Under the pieces are notes generated by a model that saw nothing but the letters and a program-made list of their open reading frames with translations, was not told where the DNA came from and made no database searches. Shown here piece by piece: positions 50,900 through 64,000 of a stretch of DNA of 64,000 bases (position 1 is its first letter; each line of letters begins with the position of its first letter). The DNA comes from Octopus vulgaris (lineage: Eukaryota). Both the position numbers and the translations under genes were made by a program. The stretch covers positions 32,922,001 to 32,986,000 of the forward strand of contig OX597815.1 of the NCBI GenBank assembly GCA_951406725.2, read 5' to 3'.

Positions 50900-53414
50900 A
50901 ACAAGTCTCATCATATTGGCACAATACTCTCCATTGATGGTGTGGCCCTTCTGAAGACAACAAACACACGCCTTTTGCGTCCCCACAAAACTGAGGACAT
51001 TAACTTCCCTGCAGATGAAACGACCTTGGTTTTGTTTGGAGCAGGTGATGAAAGTGTGTTTCCATTTTGTCTCTGACTCAAAGTGATGAGCCCAACATTC
51101 ATCCTGGCTTAGGAAATGTTCAAGGAAATTAGCTGGATCTGCTTGAAACAATGTTAGATTATCCCATGATGTGGTCAACCTGGTGCGCTTTTGATCAGGT
51201 ATCAGAAGACGTGGCACACACCTTCGTAAAGCCAAGTTCATTGTACAAAATATTCCCCAATCTCTTACGGGTTATGCTAACAACATTAGCTATTTGAATC
51301 GCCTGTCATTCATCAGCATATGGTGAATACGGTCAATGTTTTCCTTGATGGTGACAGTTGCAGGATGTCCAAACCTTGAGTCTTCTTCAAAATTTTCCCT
51401 TCACTTCCTAAATTCAGCCACCAACTTTTGTACTGTTCATAAAATTGGAGCGTCATCGTCTAATGTTGCAACTATATCAGCATGAATATTATGGGAGTGG
51501 GGGATAAACTCTTTCTGCAGGTTCTTGATAACACTACGATGCCAAATTTTGCTCATTTTCAGGAGAAGCCACGTCTATTTGCTTTTGAGTCTACTTTGAA
51601 CAGTCACATGTCAGTTTAACTGGAAAGAAATAATGTAAGGAGAGTTGGAATTAAGGCATAACTACAGATTTCTGCTTCCACCAACTTTGGATGATCATAA
51701 TTCAGAAAAATGGATATTTTTTAATGAAATTTTCTACGAATATGTGTTATATCATGTAGATTCCGAATATACAAAATTTTTTGGGGAAAGTATTTTAGGA
51801 GGTGGTGGGGGTGGGGAATTTTGGAAAATTCACCAGAGTCCACTTCAATTCGTCTCTCTTTCAAGAAAATGGATATTTTTAAATGAAATTCTCTACGAAT
51901 ATACCTTGGGCTATTTAGATTCCGAGGACATAGGAGTTTTGGGAAAAACAATTGGGAATTATATTTGAGAACTGTTCTCCACTCGGGAGTGTTTCGGAAC
52001 CAGTTGTCCATATTTGTTTCATTTTCTCCATTTTGTACGTTTGTGCATCCGTAGATTTCTACCAAAACACACAAACACACACACACACACATGCACATGC
52101 ACATGTAATTAAAAAAGTTCAAACGGGGAGTTATTCCATTCAGTATTATGTTTATTATAGAGATTATGTAACAAATTATTCCTTACACTTCTATATTTAA
52201 CTGTGCGTGTATATTCTTTAGTTTTGCTTCTGGTGTCTTCTGCCTTACTATTAGAAATGTTTACCTGGGAATTTTCTTAAAGTGAAAAAAAAAAATCGTA
52301 TGCAACAGATAAGTCGTCTTAATAACATATTTCTGTGTACCAGACCTTTAGCTGTTATTTTTAGCATAACGGGTTTTCTGGCAAGGGCTTCATTTGCCTT
52401 CATTGCCTGTTTGCTGCTTCAGTAAAAATCTACGAATGCAGAAACGCACAAAACGGAGAAAATGAAACAAATATGGACGACTTATTCCGAAACACCCCCG
52501 AGTGGGGAATATTTCTCAAAAATAACTCCTTATTGTTTTCCCCCAATTTCCTATGTCTTCAGAATTTACATAGTCCGAGGTATATGTACTCTTTACTCTT
52601 TTTACTCTTTTACTTGTTTGTCAAATTGTGGATTTGTATAAAGGACACGCACACACACATACTCTTTTTTTTTTACTCTTTTACTTGTTTCAGTCATTTG
52701 ACTGCGGCCATGCTGGAGCACCGCCTTTAGTCGAGCAAATCGACCCCGGGACTTATTCTTTGAAAGCCCAGTACTTATTCTATCGGTCTCTTTTGCCGAA
52801 CCGACAAGTGACGGGGACGTAAACACACCAGCATCAGTTGTCAAGCAATGCTAGGGGGACAAACACGGACACACAAACACACACACACATACATCATATA
52901 TATATATATACATATATACGACAGGCTTCTTTCAGTTTCTGTCTACCAAATCCACTCACAAGGCATTGGTCGGTCCGGGGCTATAGCAGAAGACACTTGC
53001 CCAAGATGTCACGCAGCGGGACTGAACCCGGAACCATGTGGTTGGTTAGCAAGCTACTTACCACACAGCCACTCCTGCGCCTATTTGTAGAGGATTTCAT
53101 AAAAAAAATATCCGTTTCCTTGAAAATTAAGACGAATTGAAGTGAACTCCGGTGAATTTTCCAAAATGCCCCGCCCCACCTCCTCCTAAAACACTTCCAC
53201 CCAAACATTTTGTATATTCGGAATCTACATGATATAACTCATATTCGTAGAAAATTTCATAAAAAAATATCCATTTTTCTGAAAGTTATGATCATCCATC
53301 ATCGTGGGATGCGGGCAGAAATCTGTAGTTATGCCGAAATTAATGCATGCAAGATTTCACAGCTCTTGTGTCACTCCTTCATAGTCAGTCTATGAATTTT
53401 TCAGCCCAGCCTTG
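50900..53414 (-). pseudogene. Mariner transposase relic, interrupted by a foldback element and a SINE
   Basis: CVPRLL(T/I)PDQK (WVPRLL motif), SQDECWAHHFESETK, SAGKLM, LQKGHTINGEY; TIR-like end ...tcagcccagccttg|TA at 53414. Confidence 0.85.
51655..53335. mobile_element. Foldback DNA element with ~400-bp TIRs and 8-bp TSD; SINE A inserted in right TIR (52586-53083)
   Basis: ggcataactacagatttctgc... / ...gcagaaatctgtagttatgcc; flanks ggaattaa (51647-54) and gaaattaa (53336-43). Confidence 0.8.
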
Positions 53415-53450
53415 TAGAAGCTCTTTCGAGGAGCTAACAGCATTATAAGT

Positions 53451-53838
53451 TTGGATTGGAAGCACTCCGTCGGTTCCGACGACGAGGGTTCCGGTTGATC
53501 CGAATCAACGGAACAGCCTGCTCGTGAAATTAACGTGTAAGTGGCTGAGCACTCCACAGACACGTGTACCCTTAACGTAGTTCTCGGGGATATTCAGCGT
53601 GACACAGAGAGTGACAAGTCGGCCCTTTGAAATACAGGTACAACAGAAACAGGAAGAAAGAGTGAGAGAAATTTGTGGTGAAAGAGTACAGCAGGGATCA
53701 CCACCATCCCCTGCCGGAGCCTCGTAGAGCTTTAGGTGCTTTCGCTCAATAAACACTCACAACGCCCGGTCTGGGAATCGAAACCGCGATCCTACGACCG
53801 CGAGTCCGCTGCCCTAACCACTGGGCCATTGCGCCTCC
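53451..53838 (-). mobile_element. Full-length tRNA-derived SINE with 14-bp TSD
   Basis: A/B boxes (tggcccagtgg; ggtttcgattccc); TSD acagcattataagt at 53437-53450 and 53839-53852. Confidence 0.92.
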
Positions 53839-54658
53839 ACAGCATTATAAGTACCAGTTATGAAGCTACCCTAGCACCATACCAGTTATGAAGCTACCCT
53901 CACACCATCTGTAATAATCTTATCGTCGCACAAACATATAAATTTGTGACTTTTGCTAAATGAATTTTACCAACGATGTTCACCACCACCACTGTCCTTG
54001 GATTTTGGTTGCTGTTTAAGCCGTCGTACCAATAACGTTTACTTACGTATATATGGGACTATACTGACAAATGTAGTCCTCCCCATTGTCTCGTCATATC
54101 ACCAGGTTAATTTTTTGTTAACAATGAGGAAAGTAGCTGTAGCAAATGAAACTTACGTAACGCAGCTCATGCTGCTGTAACGTAACTATGTATGAGAGAT
54201 GAAAAAGTAGTTGTTTAACTTAAGATCAGTCTTGGATATAGCTGATATACCTATGATCAAAATCCATTCCAACCATGACTAGTGGCAGATTCGAGGTAGA
54301 TTTGATTGCTGTTTCTTGCATATCGAGCGTCTACATAGAGGCACTCCCATTGCCTCTTTTGATTAGAAGCTGTAGGTTCCCTTACAAGCGACAGTGTCAG
54401 AGTAATAACAATGAAAAACGATTGATAAAACAACGCATGAAATCACACACACCAAAAAGCTCGGCAATAAACATTGACGTGCTAATTTAATCTCTAAATT
54501 TGGTTTGACTACATGAATTTTGAAGGAGAATAGGTTCACTAGATTAACTTCGATAATAGACTGTGATTTATTCTCTTCATCTCTGTGTAATGAAAAGTAG
54601 AGTCGACCGGTCCTGCTATGAATTTAGCTATCTGCTAAATCGCTCCTATCATCCAACG

Positions 54659-54870
54659 ACGTTAGCGCGCCGGGCGAAATGCTTAGCGGTATTTCGTCTG
54701 TCGTTACGTTGTGAGTTCAAATTCCGCCGAGGTCGACTTTGCCGTTTATCCTTTCGGGGTCGATAAATTAAGTACCAGTTACGCACTGGGGTCGATGTAA
54801 TCGACTTAATACCTATGTCTGTCCTTTGTCCGCTCTGTGTTTAGCCCCTTGTGGGTAATAAAGAAATAGG
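54659..54870 (+). mobile_element. SINE family B
   Basis: Near-identical to 44025-44238. Confidence 0.85.
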
Positions 54871-56378
54871 TATTGAACAGTTGTAGTTCTTTAGGCATAG
54901 GCCTGCTCTGATTAAATAGACTAATGATCAAAAGCATTTTAGGCCTGACCATTAGCCTTCTTTTTTCAGACAGAGTAAAACTATGATTACAAAATCCAGT
55001 GTGTGTTTTTGTTTTTAAAACGGTACGTTATTCTGGGATTTAATAAATGGTGAGCTGTATAATAATTAAATACACGAAGCTAATGGCAACGTGGTATATA
55101 CTCAGAAAACGTTGCCTGGTGACAGATGCTCAGCAAGGTGTAGCTGTATGGGAGAAGATACTGTAGCTTCTGGTAACAGAGGCTCATTGCCTGTTATATT
55201 ATGTGGTAACACAAGCGGGACATGCGGGCCCGCGAGAAGCTGCTAATAAGCCTAGGCCAGTTGTGAAATGTAGGTCCTATTTTCACTGATAGCATGTGAA
55301 GGCCATGTATGTAATGTAGGCTCCATTTCAAACTACTCATCAAATATTACACGATTTATGCATGAGTCATCTGAATATCTCATCGTTTACTCGTTTCAGT
55401 CACTGGACTGCGGTCATACTTGGCACCACCTTGGAGAGTTTTAGTGGAAAAAATCGTCCTCAGTACTTATATTTTACTGACACAATTTGCCGCTTTCTTT
55501 TGACGACTTGCTAAGTTAAGGGGATGTAAACAAGCCAACACCGGTTGCGAATCAGTATGGGATACAAACAGTCATAAAGATATACACTGTGTGTGTGTGT
55601 ATCTACATTATAATAGAGAAAGCTGCTTATTAATTAGGTATGTAACAGTTACTAAAAGAAAAGCAATTATTAAAAGCTTCACAGTCTATTTAATAAACAA
55701 TACTCGTTGCAGGCGAAATTTTCCGTTTTCATTTGCAACAGTCTCTCAATCTCTCTCACCTCTGTTTTCATAAATGATAATTTATCAATTTCAATGTTTT
55801 CATTTCAAGTTTTAATTCGCTATTTACAAAACCCATAGTTTATTCTATATACGTAATTCAAAAAAATTATTTATTGAATGAATGAATGCTATTAGACAAA
55901 ATAGCTGTATAACTTTGAGGCTTATGATGATATCAGTTTCCAGAGTTTATTAAATGAATATTTTTGATAAAATGAAAATTTCTTAATATACCGGTATAAT
56001 TGAAAAATAAAAAAAGTGATTTTGTTGGTATAGCTGTTTGAAACGCCATAATAACTATGTGATCGCTGCTATTTCTAGCACGCTAAACGTAGTTAGGTTA
56101 CCTTGAAGGTTGTTTAAATTAGAGATGTATTACAAGTACAATAAATTACTGAAAGAAATATTTACTAAGTAAGTAAGATTTTTCATAAACTGAAGTTTTC
56201 AGGAAAGTTTACTTTCTGAACTTCCTTTTATTATTGAATATTTCAAGTTCACAAATTTTAATATTCGGATATATACTATATTTTTTTCATTTCACGTCTA
56301 TTTCATTAATTGTTTGCAATGTTCTCTCTCTCACACACACTGTCGCTCTAATATAAACACACACTGTGTCTGTAATAT

Positions 56379-56449
<71 letters not shown>

Positions 56450-56814
56450 GTATAATTTCGTTATTACACAAATATCACATTAGAATTTTGCAATTCAATA
56501 TTGGGCGTCCTCCCCCCCAAAAATATGCGACTGAAAATATCAATGTGAAAATATTATCTAGTGTATGTATGTATGTACGTACGCATGTATGTATGTATGT
56601 ATGTATGTATGTATGTATGTATGTATGTATATATCTATGTACATATATCTATGTACATATATCTATGTACATATATCTATGTACATATACATATATATTT
56701 GTGCGTGTGTAAGATTATGAGTTTATTTTTATCCCCCATACTTCTTGACAACTGGTGTCGGTTTGTGTCGTTCGTCAAAAGAGATCGGTAAATTAAATAT
56801 CAAACTAGAAGATA

Positions 56815-57221
56815 ACTCTCTCTCTTTTACTCTTTTACTTGTTTCAGTCATTTGACTGCGGCCATGCTGGAGCACCACCTTTAGTCGAGCAAATCGACCC
56901 CGGGACTTATTCTTCGTAAGCCCAGTACTTATTCTATCGGTCTCTTTTACCGAACCGCTAAGTGACGGGGACGTAAACACACCAGCATTGGTTGTCAAGC
57001 AATGCTAGGGGGACAAACACAGACACACACACACACGCATATATATACATACATACGACGGGCTTCTTTCAGTTTCCGTCTTCCAAATCCACTCACAAGG
57101 CATTGGTCGGCCCGGGTCTATAGCAGAAGACACTTGCCCAAGATGTCACGCAGTGGGACTGAACACGGAACCATGTGGTTGGTTAGCAAGCTACTTACCA
57201 CACAGCCACCCCTGCGCCTAT
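56815..57221 (-). mobile_element. SINE family A, full length
   Basis: Near-identical to 52675-53083. Confidence 0.9.
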
Positions 57222-57223
57222 AA

Positions 57224-57374
<151 letters not shown>

Positions 57375-57438
57375 CTGTGTGGTAAGTAGCTTGCTAACCA
57401 ACCACATGGTTCCGGGTTCAGTCCCACTGCGTGGCATA

Positions 57439-57918
57439 TCGATATATATAAAACTCTAGTTGTGTGAGTGTCTGTCCCCTTCGATTTAGATTCCTAACTC
57501 CTCCCACATTTTGCGGTGCAATTTAACCAAATTCGGGTATCTTATAGTCGTGATTCATATCGAGCCCGTCTGACTATTAGCGCGCGTCAACAATGAGTCT
57601 ACGATTTTAAAAATAATTTAACATCATTTTTTATTCCATTTTAATGCATAAAATGCATCGTGTGTCGATGGCGGCACCTGTTTGCTTCTCCCCCTTCCCT
57701 CCCTCGTGAAGCTGTGGGGAAGGGAGTGTAAAAGAAATCAACGTCGTAATGCGTTGTGAAGGAAACCAGCGTTCTTTTAGAACAACGACTTCATGGCTTG
57801 AAGACACCAAAACAAAAATGGCTAAGAAAGCCCGAATTTATAAGGGAAGTAACTCTCTAAAAATGCTTATGTAGTTATTTCCCTTACAAACCCGAGCAAC
57901 GCCGGGCGATACTGCTAG
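57439..57918 (+). mobile_element. Non-autonomous Helitron-type element (family of 35830-36201)
   Basis: TC start, shared internal cgatttagattcctaact..., hairpin + CTAG|T end. Confidence 0.85.
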
Positions 57919-57954
57919 TATATATATAAATATGTATATACAAATATACCGTAA

Positions 57955-57996
<42 letters not shown>

Positions 57997-58645
57997 TACG
58001 GGCTTCCTTATAGTTTCCATCTACCAAATTCATTCGCAAGGCATTGGTCCACCCAGATGCCGCGCAATGGGACTGAACCCGAAACTACGTAGTTGCAAAG
58101 CGAGCTTCTAAACCACACAGCCACGCCTTCACATGTAGTTACTGTGTACATGATGTAATTACTAGGAAGAGACCAATAAAGTGTTTTTTCCTTTTAGTTT
58201 TAACCGGCAGCAGAAGGAAGGTTGCCTAAAAACCGAATTGAAGTGTGGTGGGTCTTCTGCACAGGTTTGGTTATGTAAACTCCCGAACTTGGAAGATGTG
58301 ACAAATTAGGTCAGAGAAGAATAATGAAATTGTTACTTACAGTAAACCTTCTAGGGAGTTTTGCCGAATATATTTCTTTATATGGTGAAAATTGCATCCC
58401 GTAAGACCGATCACCTCGTTTCCTGGAAGTACAAAAATGAGAGTAGGTAATAACAGAAATTGAAAGAGAAGAGATATTATTATGAATGATACATCAAATA
58501 TTATTAGCATGCATATGTATGTATATCGACTACAAAATGCATTACAGTATTTAGTTATGCCCCCTTTACGTTCTGAGTCCGAATTCTGCTAATGTCGACT
58601 TTACTTTTCATTGTCTAGGAGTTGTTGTTATTTAGCCATGTTTGA

Positions 58646-58701
<56 letters not shown>

Positions 58702-58705
<4 letters not shown>

Positions 58706-58897
58706 TGACGTATATTTGCCATTTGAATATGGCTAACCCCTAAGGGTGAATGCTACTGTAGTTTGTAGCCCCAGGAGGACACCTCCTCCAGCTGGCTATA
58801 GTAGCATTCACCCTTAGGGGTTAGCCATATTCAAATGGCAAATATACGTCACGATGTGTTGCTGCTACTGTTTATAACTCGTTCTGAGATTTATCAT
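58702..58897. mobile_element. Fold-back element (60-bp arms, 34-nt spacer, one-sided tail), related to 38438-38875
   Basis: Arms 58702-58761 and 58796-58855; shared gccatytgaatatggcta, tagccccagg and tail motifs; (TA)n flanks. Confidence 0.7.
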
Positions 58898-58913
58898 TAT
58901 ATATATCTATCTA

Positions 58914-58982
<69 letters not shown>

Positions 58983-59009
58983 CGAAAGAGAGAGAGAGGA
59001 GAGAGAGAG

Positions 59010-60120
59010 AGAATGTGCCCCGAAATTAAAGCAACCGAAGTTTCCAACTTTAATAACTATCAATGTGATAAGAAATGAAAATTATACGTCCTTATAAAAG
59101 CTTAGTGTCTTCTTTTTATTTCAGATTTATAAATTAGATAATAGCTTTAGACCGAAAGAAACATAATCATAACCATCCAGAAAGGAGGCGAAAGTAATAC
59201 ATCCATAGCAAAAAGGGTAAAAATTAGCCGAACAGTCTGGAAAATTGTCATGAAAGTTCAAGAAACTGGTTCCACCACTAATCGAACTGGACATAGTCGA
59301 AAAAGAAGTGTGTGGACCCATCAGCTTATCAAAAGTACCAGAGAAAAGATGCGGCGAAATTCTCGTCGTTCCATCAGAAAATTGGCTGTCACAGCGAAAG
59401 TAAACCGAATGTCGATGTATCGAGTGTGGTGGAGGACCCACCTCTACAAGATACTTTACTTTCATGAGCCCACTCAAGTTTATAAACTGGAGAGAAGTCG
59501 TCTTATCTTGCATCAGATTGCTGAAGACACGCTACCGAACCTGGTGTTCACTGATGAAAAGAAATTTAACATAGAACGACAGCAAAACACCAGAATGACC
59601 GACTTTGGAGTGTATCTAGCTCCGTCGAGGGTAGACTCGCAAATCAACGTCAAAATCCACAGTCAGTTATGGTTTGGGCATCTGCAACAGCCCCTGGAAG
59701 GTCTACCCTCGATTTTGTGCGATCCCACAGCTCCAACCAGACACAACACTGGCTAGAGAAGAATAGTCCGTCGTTCATAGGCAAGGATGTAAGGCCCTCA
59801 TGAAGCTGCGATCTCAACCCGCTGGATTTTTCTGTTTGGTCGATTTTGGGGGACGATAGTCTCGAGTATTCCTCATGCTTCGTTCGACGCTCTGGAAGCA
59901 AAACTGCGCCAGGAATGTGCTTCGATTCCGCAAGAACAGCTGCGTGCCGCGTGTGAAGTATTTGCGACAAGACTTAAGAGGTGGTCATATCGAATAAATG
60001 TGGTAGTGTCATAGTTATGTTTTCTTTACCATTGCATTGAAAGACCTGGAACGAAGATATAACAATATTTTGCTTTGGCAAAACTATAAAATGTTGGTTG
60101 TCTTAATTTGGGACACCCTG
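59010..60120 (+). pseudogene. Tc1/mariner DD37D (maT)-like transposase relic
   Basis: RRSIRKLA HTH, LVFTDEKKFNIE, DLNPLDFSVWSIL; right TIR cttaatttgggacaccctg. Confidence 0.8.
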
Positions 60121-60123
60121 CAC

Positions 60124-60164
<41 letters not shown>

Positions 60165-60169
60165 TGTGT

Positions 60170-60260
<91 letters not shown>

Positions 60261-60414
60261 TTTGTATCTGTGTTTATGTCCCCGTAACTTAGCGGTTCGG
60301 CAAAAGACCCTATTGAATAAATACTAAGCTTAAAAAAATGTCCTGGAGTAGATTTCTTCGACTAAAATCCTTCAAGGCGGTGCTCAAATAAAAGAATAAA
60401 AGAATATAGTCTAA

Positions 60415-60747
60415 GACCCCCACCACCTCGGTTATGAATGACCATGGATTTGCACCAAGAAAGTTCGCCTCCAAGGCACAAGTCCGGGCGAGGTCATTTA
60501 TAGAAGAGTATCATTCACCTATGCATACCGGCCTCCCCTCTCCACGCCACCGATGTTATCTGAGGGAAAATCAAAGGCCAATACAACTTGTCATCAGTGA
60601 CGTCACAACCCATTTCTATAGCCGAGCTGGTGCAACATGAAATAAAGTGTCTTGCTGAAGAACACAACACACAGCCCGGTCCGGGAATCGAACTCATTAC
60701 CCCATGATTGTTAGCCCGATGCTCTAACCACTGAGCCATGTGCCTTC
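60415..60747 (-). mobile_element. tRNA-derived SINE (fourth family)
   Basis: Minus head gaaggcacatggctcagtggttagagc, B box gagttcgattccc. Confidence 0.8.
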
Positions 60748-61290
60748 TTTTTACCCCCCCCTCTCACCTCTTTACAGCTCTACTTTACTCTGTCTCACGT
60801 TCTATGAATGTAGTTAGAGAAGAGTTATTTATAGTTTAGCGCCAAATCAGTCCTGATAGAGAGCAGATCAATGATATAAAGCATTCCAGCTATGACCACT
60901 CCCTCTTAATTTCAGATATAATAAAACTAAATATACAATATCAAGTATGGCCGTTCCTTTTTTTTTTTTTTTTTAAAGAGAAACCCTGCTCTGTGCTTTA
61001 AGGTAGATTAAATGCTATTTCTATGATGTCAACTAAGCAAATAAAAGCTTTGCTGTTGGGTCCGACTAACGCCGGTCCAGTGAGGCCGTTTACCGACAAC
61101 ATGGCGTATCCCCCGTCGTTTACTGTTTGTTCTGAGAATCGTGTGAAATGTGTTTGACAGAATGGTGCACTTACTGCATATTTAGTTTTCCTTTACAGTT
61201 ATTACACAGTAGTTGCTGACCTGGTTTTGTCTGTTCAAGCCTAATCGAAACATGGAGAAATTTGAATTATTGTTCATGTCGTTGATAGTA

Positions 61291-61409
61291 ATGATGATGA
61301 TATTGTTGATGATGATGATGATGATGATGATGATGTTGATGAAGATGATGATGATGATGATGATGATGATGAAGATGAAGATGATGATGATGATGATGTT
61401 GATGATGAA

Positions 61410-61442
<33 letters not shown>

Positions 61443-61456
61443 GATGAAGATGATGG

Positions 61457-61503
<47 letters not shown>

Positions 61504-61518
61504 GTGAAGATGATAATG
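61291..61518. repeat. (ATG)n microsatellite
   Basis: Direct reading. Confidence 0.95.
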
Positions 61519-62329
61519 TTTTGCAATAACGAAAGTGATCACGAGAATTAAATGCACGATCGCGTCTTCCACTGGCCTCAGATCATGGAAGAAAAAAAAA
61601 ATGGAAATCATTTAGTGTAGTAAATAAAATGATCTGATTTAGAAATTGAAACCATGTCTTCGGTAACAGAACCTATGTCGTGCTTTTGCTACCGCCTCAA
61701 AGTTCAAAATGCTTATTCGTACAATTATCAACACTTTTTTACTTACCCGTTCTATAACACAATCGCTATATTCCTGATTTTCATTGTCTGAATCTCTCTC
61801 TCTCCCTCTCCCCCTCTCTCACTACCTCTCTCTTGCGAACGACAGACTGAGATTAAGCTCAATGTAAAGCAGTGTTCAAAAACAGGTTTTGAGCCTGGAG
61901 TTTACCACTCTCTTTTTAGTTACACTATTCGTCACATAGTTTATGACTATTACAAATCAGGAAATTATTATATATGTATATTATGGGGACACATTCAGTT
62001 TCTGTGAACTGGTTGACTTAGTAACAAACTCAGCTAACCGGAGTAAAATAAAGTTTGAACTAAAATATTCCAGATCAAATACATTCGCCACAATAAAGTC
62101 GCAAAATATCAAAATTTGCTGAACTTCGCAAAAAGTTCAGATCTTTCATATTTATATGCCATTAACTTTGCAAAGTGAATCAAAACAGTCATAGCTGTAT
62201 TTAGAATGATCATCTATCAGTTAACCTCTTTCAACTGTATAACACTTTGGATGCTACAAATATATCGATTGATCGATCAATTTACAGACAGACAGATAGG
62301 TAGGTAGGTAGAATGGTCAGTGAATTGGT

Positions 62330-62383
<54 letters not shown>

Positions 62384-62449
62384 GAGAGATATAGATATAG
62401 GTGGATAGATAAATATACAGGTAGATAAACAGATAAATCGGTAAATATG

Positions 62450-63070
62450 TTTCTTTGTTAGCCACACAGGGCTGGACACTGACGGGACAAATTACAAAGT
62501 AGAGCTTTTCTTTTTGGGGAGAAAAAAGAAGTGGGGTAGGTTTTCGATCAAAAGGGATCGTAAAAAGGAAAAAAAAAAAAAGAAAAAAGAAAAAAAGAAA
62601 AGAAAAAAACGATCAATAGGGATCGTGTATCACAGAAATGTCATGATGTAAAGTGTAAAGTATCCATGGAAAGAAAAGCCTACGGAAAAGACCACGGTAA
62701 CCTCGGTCATTAATGTCACATGTTAACACATTTATTTGCAAGTAAGTAACTCTCTGTTTTAAATTTTTCCGGGTTCATAGGCTTATGCTCAAGGTGGCTT
62801 CGTCATTCATACGTGCCATCCTTGCTACATTCACCCATCTTTTTTTGAAACATTCGCTAGACAAAACTTGCCTCTCTATTCTCACTTTCCTTTTCAAGTG
62901 ATACTTGAAGAAATTGATGAGAGATTGACCAGAGAGGAAAGTATTTGTCTCCAATCCTTTCAGACGCGTCCACCAGATACATTCTATCGCCATAGCTACA
63001 AGCATGATGAAAATAGTTCTATCTTCCCGTTTGAAGGAAGGAGGCGTGACGATATTGACGATAGACTAGA
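62450..63070 (-). mobile_element. L1/Tx1-like LINE 3' end
   Basis: LVAMAIECIWWTRL C-terminal motif, stop, then T-rich 3' UTR ending at a microsatellite. Confidence 0.6.
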
Positions 63071-63460
63071 CAGACAGATTAGACAGGTATATCGATAGGT
63101 AGCAAGGAAAGTACATACAGATATACATATTTACACACATCTACATGCATATATACATACACACGCATATACATACATACACACATACATACATACATTG
63201 GGACATTAGGATATGTAACACGTTGCCTAAGTACCTATCTTGAGAAACTAGGCTTCTCAAAACCAAAAATGAGAAAGCTGATTCGAAGACTACAGATCCA
63301 ACCCATCACTGGAACTATAAAAATCCGTAAAACTTTCCAGAAGTTTATCATTTAAGTATATAAGCGCATGTCTCAACATGCAAATATATGCATGAGAATA
63401 TATACATAAACCAAAGCAAACAAATCTGCACATGCAATGACTCCAAATACTGCACATGTA

Positions 63461-64000
63461 TTGTGTCATCTCATAAATAATGCGTTTTTCTCAATTGCAT
63501 GAGCTAAAAGTCGGAGGGGGGCGGGATAAACTACTTGCATGAACTTACTATAAAAGCAGGTACTAATTTTACCTTGTCCTTATTCTTAGCGCAAAGTTTT
63601 GAAGAGTGCAGTTTGATATTAAGTTATTTTTTCAAAGCTATCATGGAAGTGACAAAAGAGCATGTTTGGCATATTTTGCTTTATGAGTTCAATAAAGGCA
63701 ATAACACAGCGGAAAGTACAAGGAATATTAATGCAGCTTATGGGGATCGGGCATAAGCAAGTGTCCATGGTGGTTCCAGAAATTCCGAGTCGGAGACTAC
63801 TGCTTAGAAGATGAGCCCCATCTTGGAAGATCTGTAGAGCTCGACGAGGACGTCCTGCAAACCCTGGTGGAACGAGATCCCATCGTAACTGCTGAGGAAC
63901 TAACAGAGAAGCTTGGATTTGGTCATTCAACCATTCATCGACACCCACCTGCGTGCCAACGGAAAAGTCAGCAAATTGGGTCAATGGGTTCATCACAAAC
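63461..64000 (+). pseudogene. Mariner (Mos1/Hsmar1-like) transposase 5' part, degenerate, runs off window
   Basis: TA|ttgtgtcatctcataaataatgcg TIR-like start; MEVTKEHVWHILLYEFNKGN.., LEDEP..GRS, HSTIHRH, KLGQWV motifs with stop/frameshifts. Confidence 0.88.

Noticed and set aside
53770-53840. tRNA gene
   Set aside because: tRNA-derived SINE head with body, tail and TSD; no full cloverleaf
55074-55246. Cys-rich open frame (..DRCSARCSC..CGNTSGTCGPARSC*)
   Set aside because: In-frame stop just upstream, no convincing acceptor and no recognisable domain
61182-61611. Poly-His/Met/Ile ORFs
   Set aside because: Translations of an (ATG)n microsatellite with no splice or homology support

Overview
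AT-rich, repeat-dense animal genomic DNA. The SINE, RTE and microsatellite repertoire looks like an Octopus (coleoid cephalopod) genome; this is an inference from pattern recall. One complete 8-exon protein-coding gene can be rebuilt by eye on the + strand: CNPPD1 (cyclin Pas1/PHO80 domain-containing 1), join(12665..12733,16261..16357,19778..19859,20400..20520,21745..21873,24247..24308,26782..26899,28390..29592), 626 aa, all introns GT-AG with matching phases. The rest is mostly transposon debris: RTE, CR1, R4/Dong-like and Tx1-like LINE pieces, several tRNA-derived SINE families, Helitron-type elements, mariner and DD37D Tc1 relics, and piggyBac-like and Mutator-like MITEs. The most unusual signal is a group of short inserts sitting in (TA)n tracts that look like Penelope-like pLTR/retrozyme pieces. 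Two carry type I hammerhead-ribozyme-like cores (37.9 and 43.2 kb). Two are related fold-back palindromes (38.5 and 58.7 kb) sharing a one-sided ~43-nt tail, and the larger one is centred on what looks like hammerhead stem II. There is also a templated inverted duplication at 1.4-6.6 kb and a perfect 61-nt hairpin downstream of CNPPD1. Parts of 40.8-53 kb look like assembly or consensus artefact.
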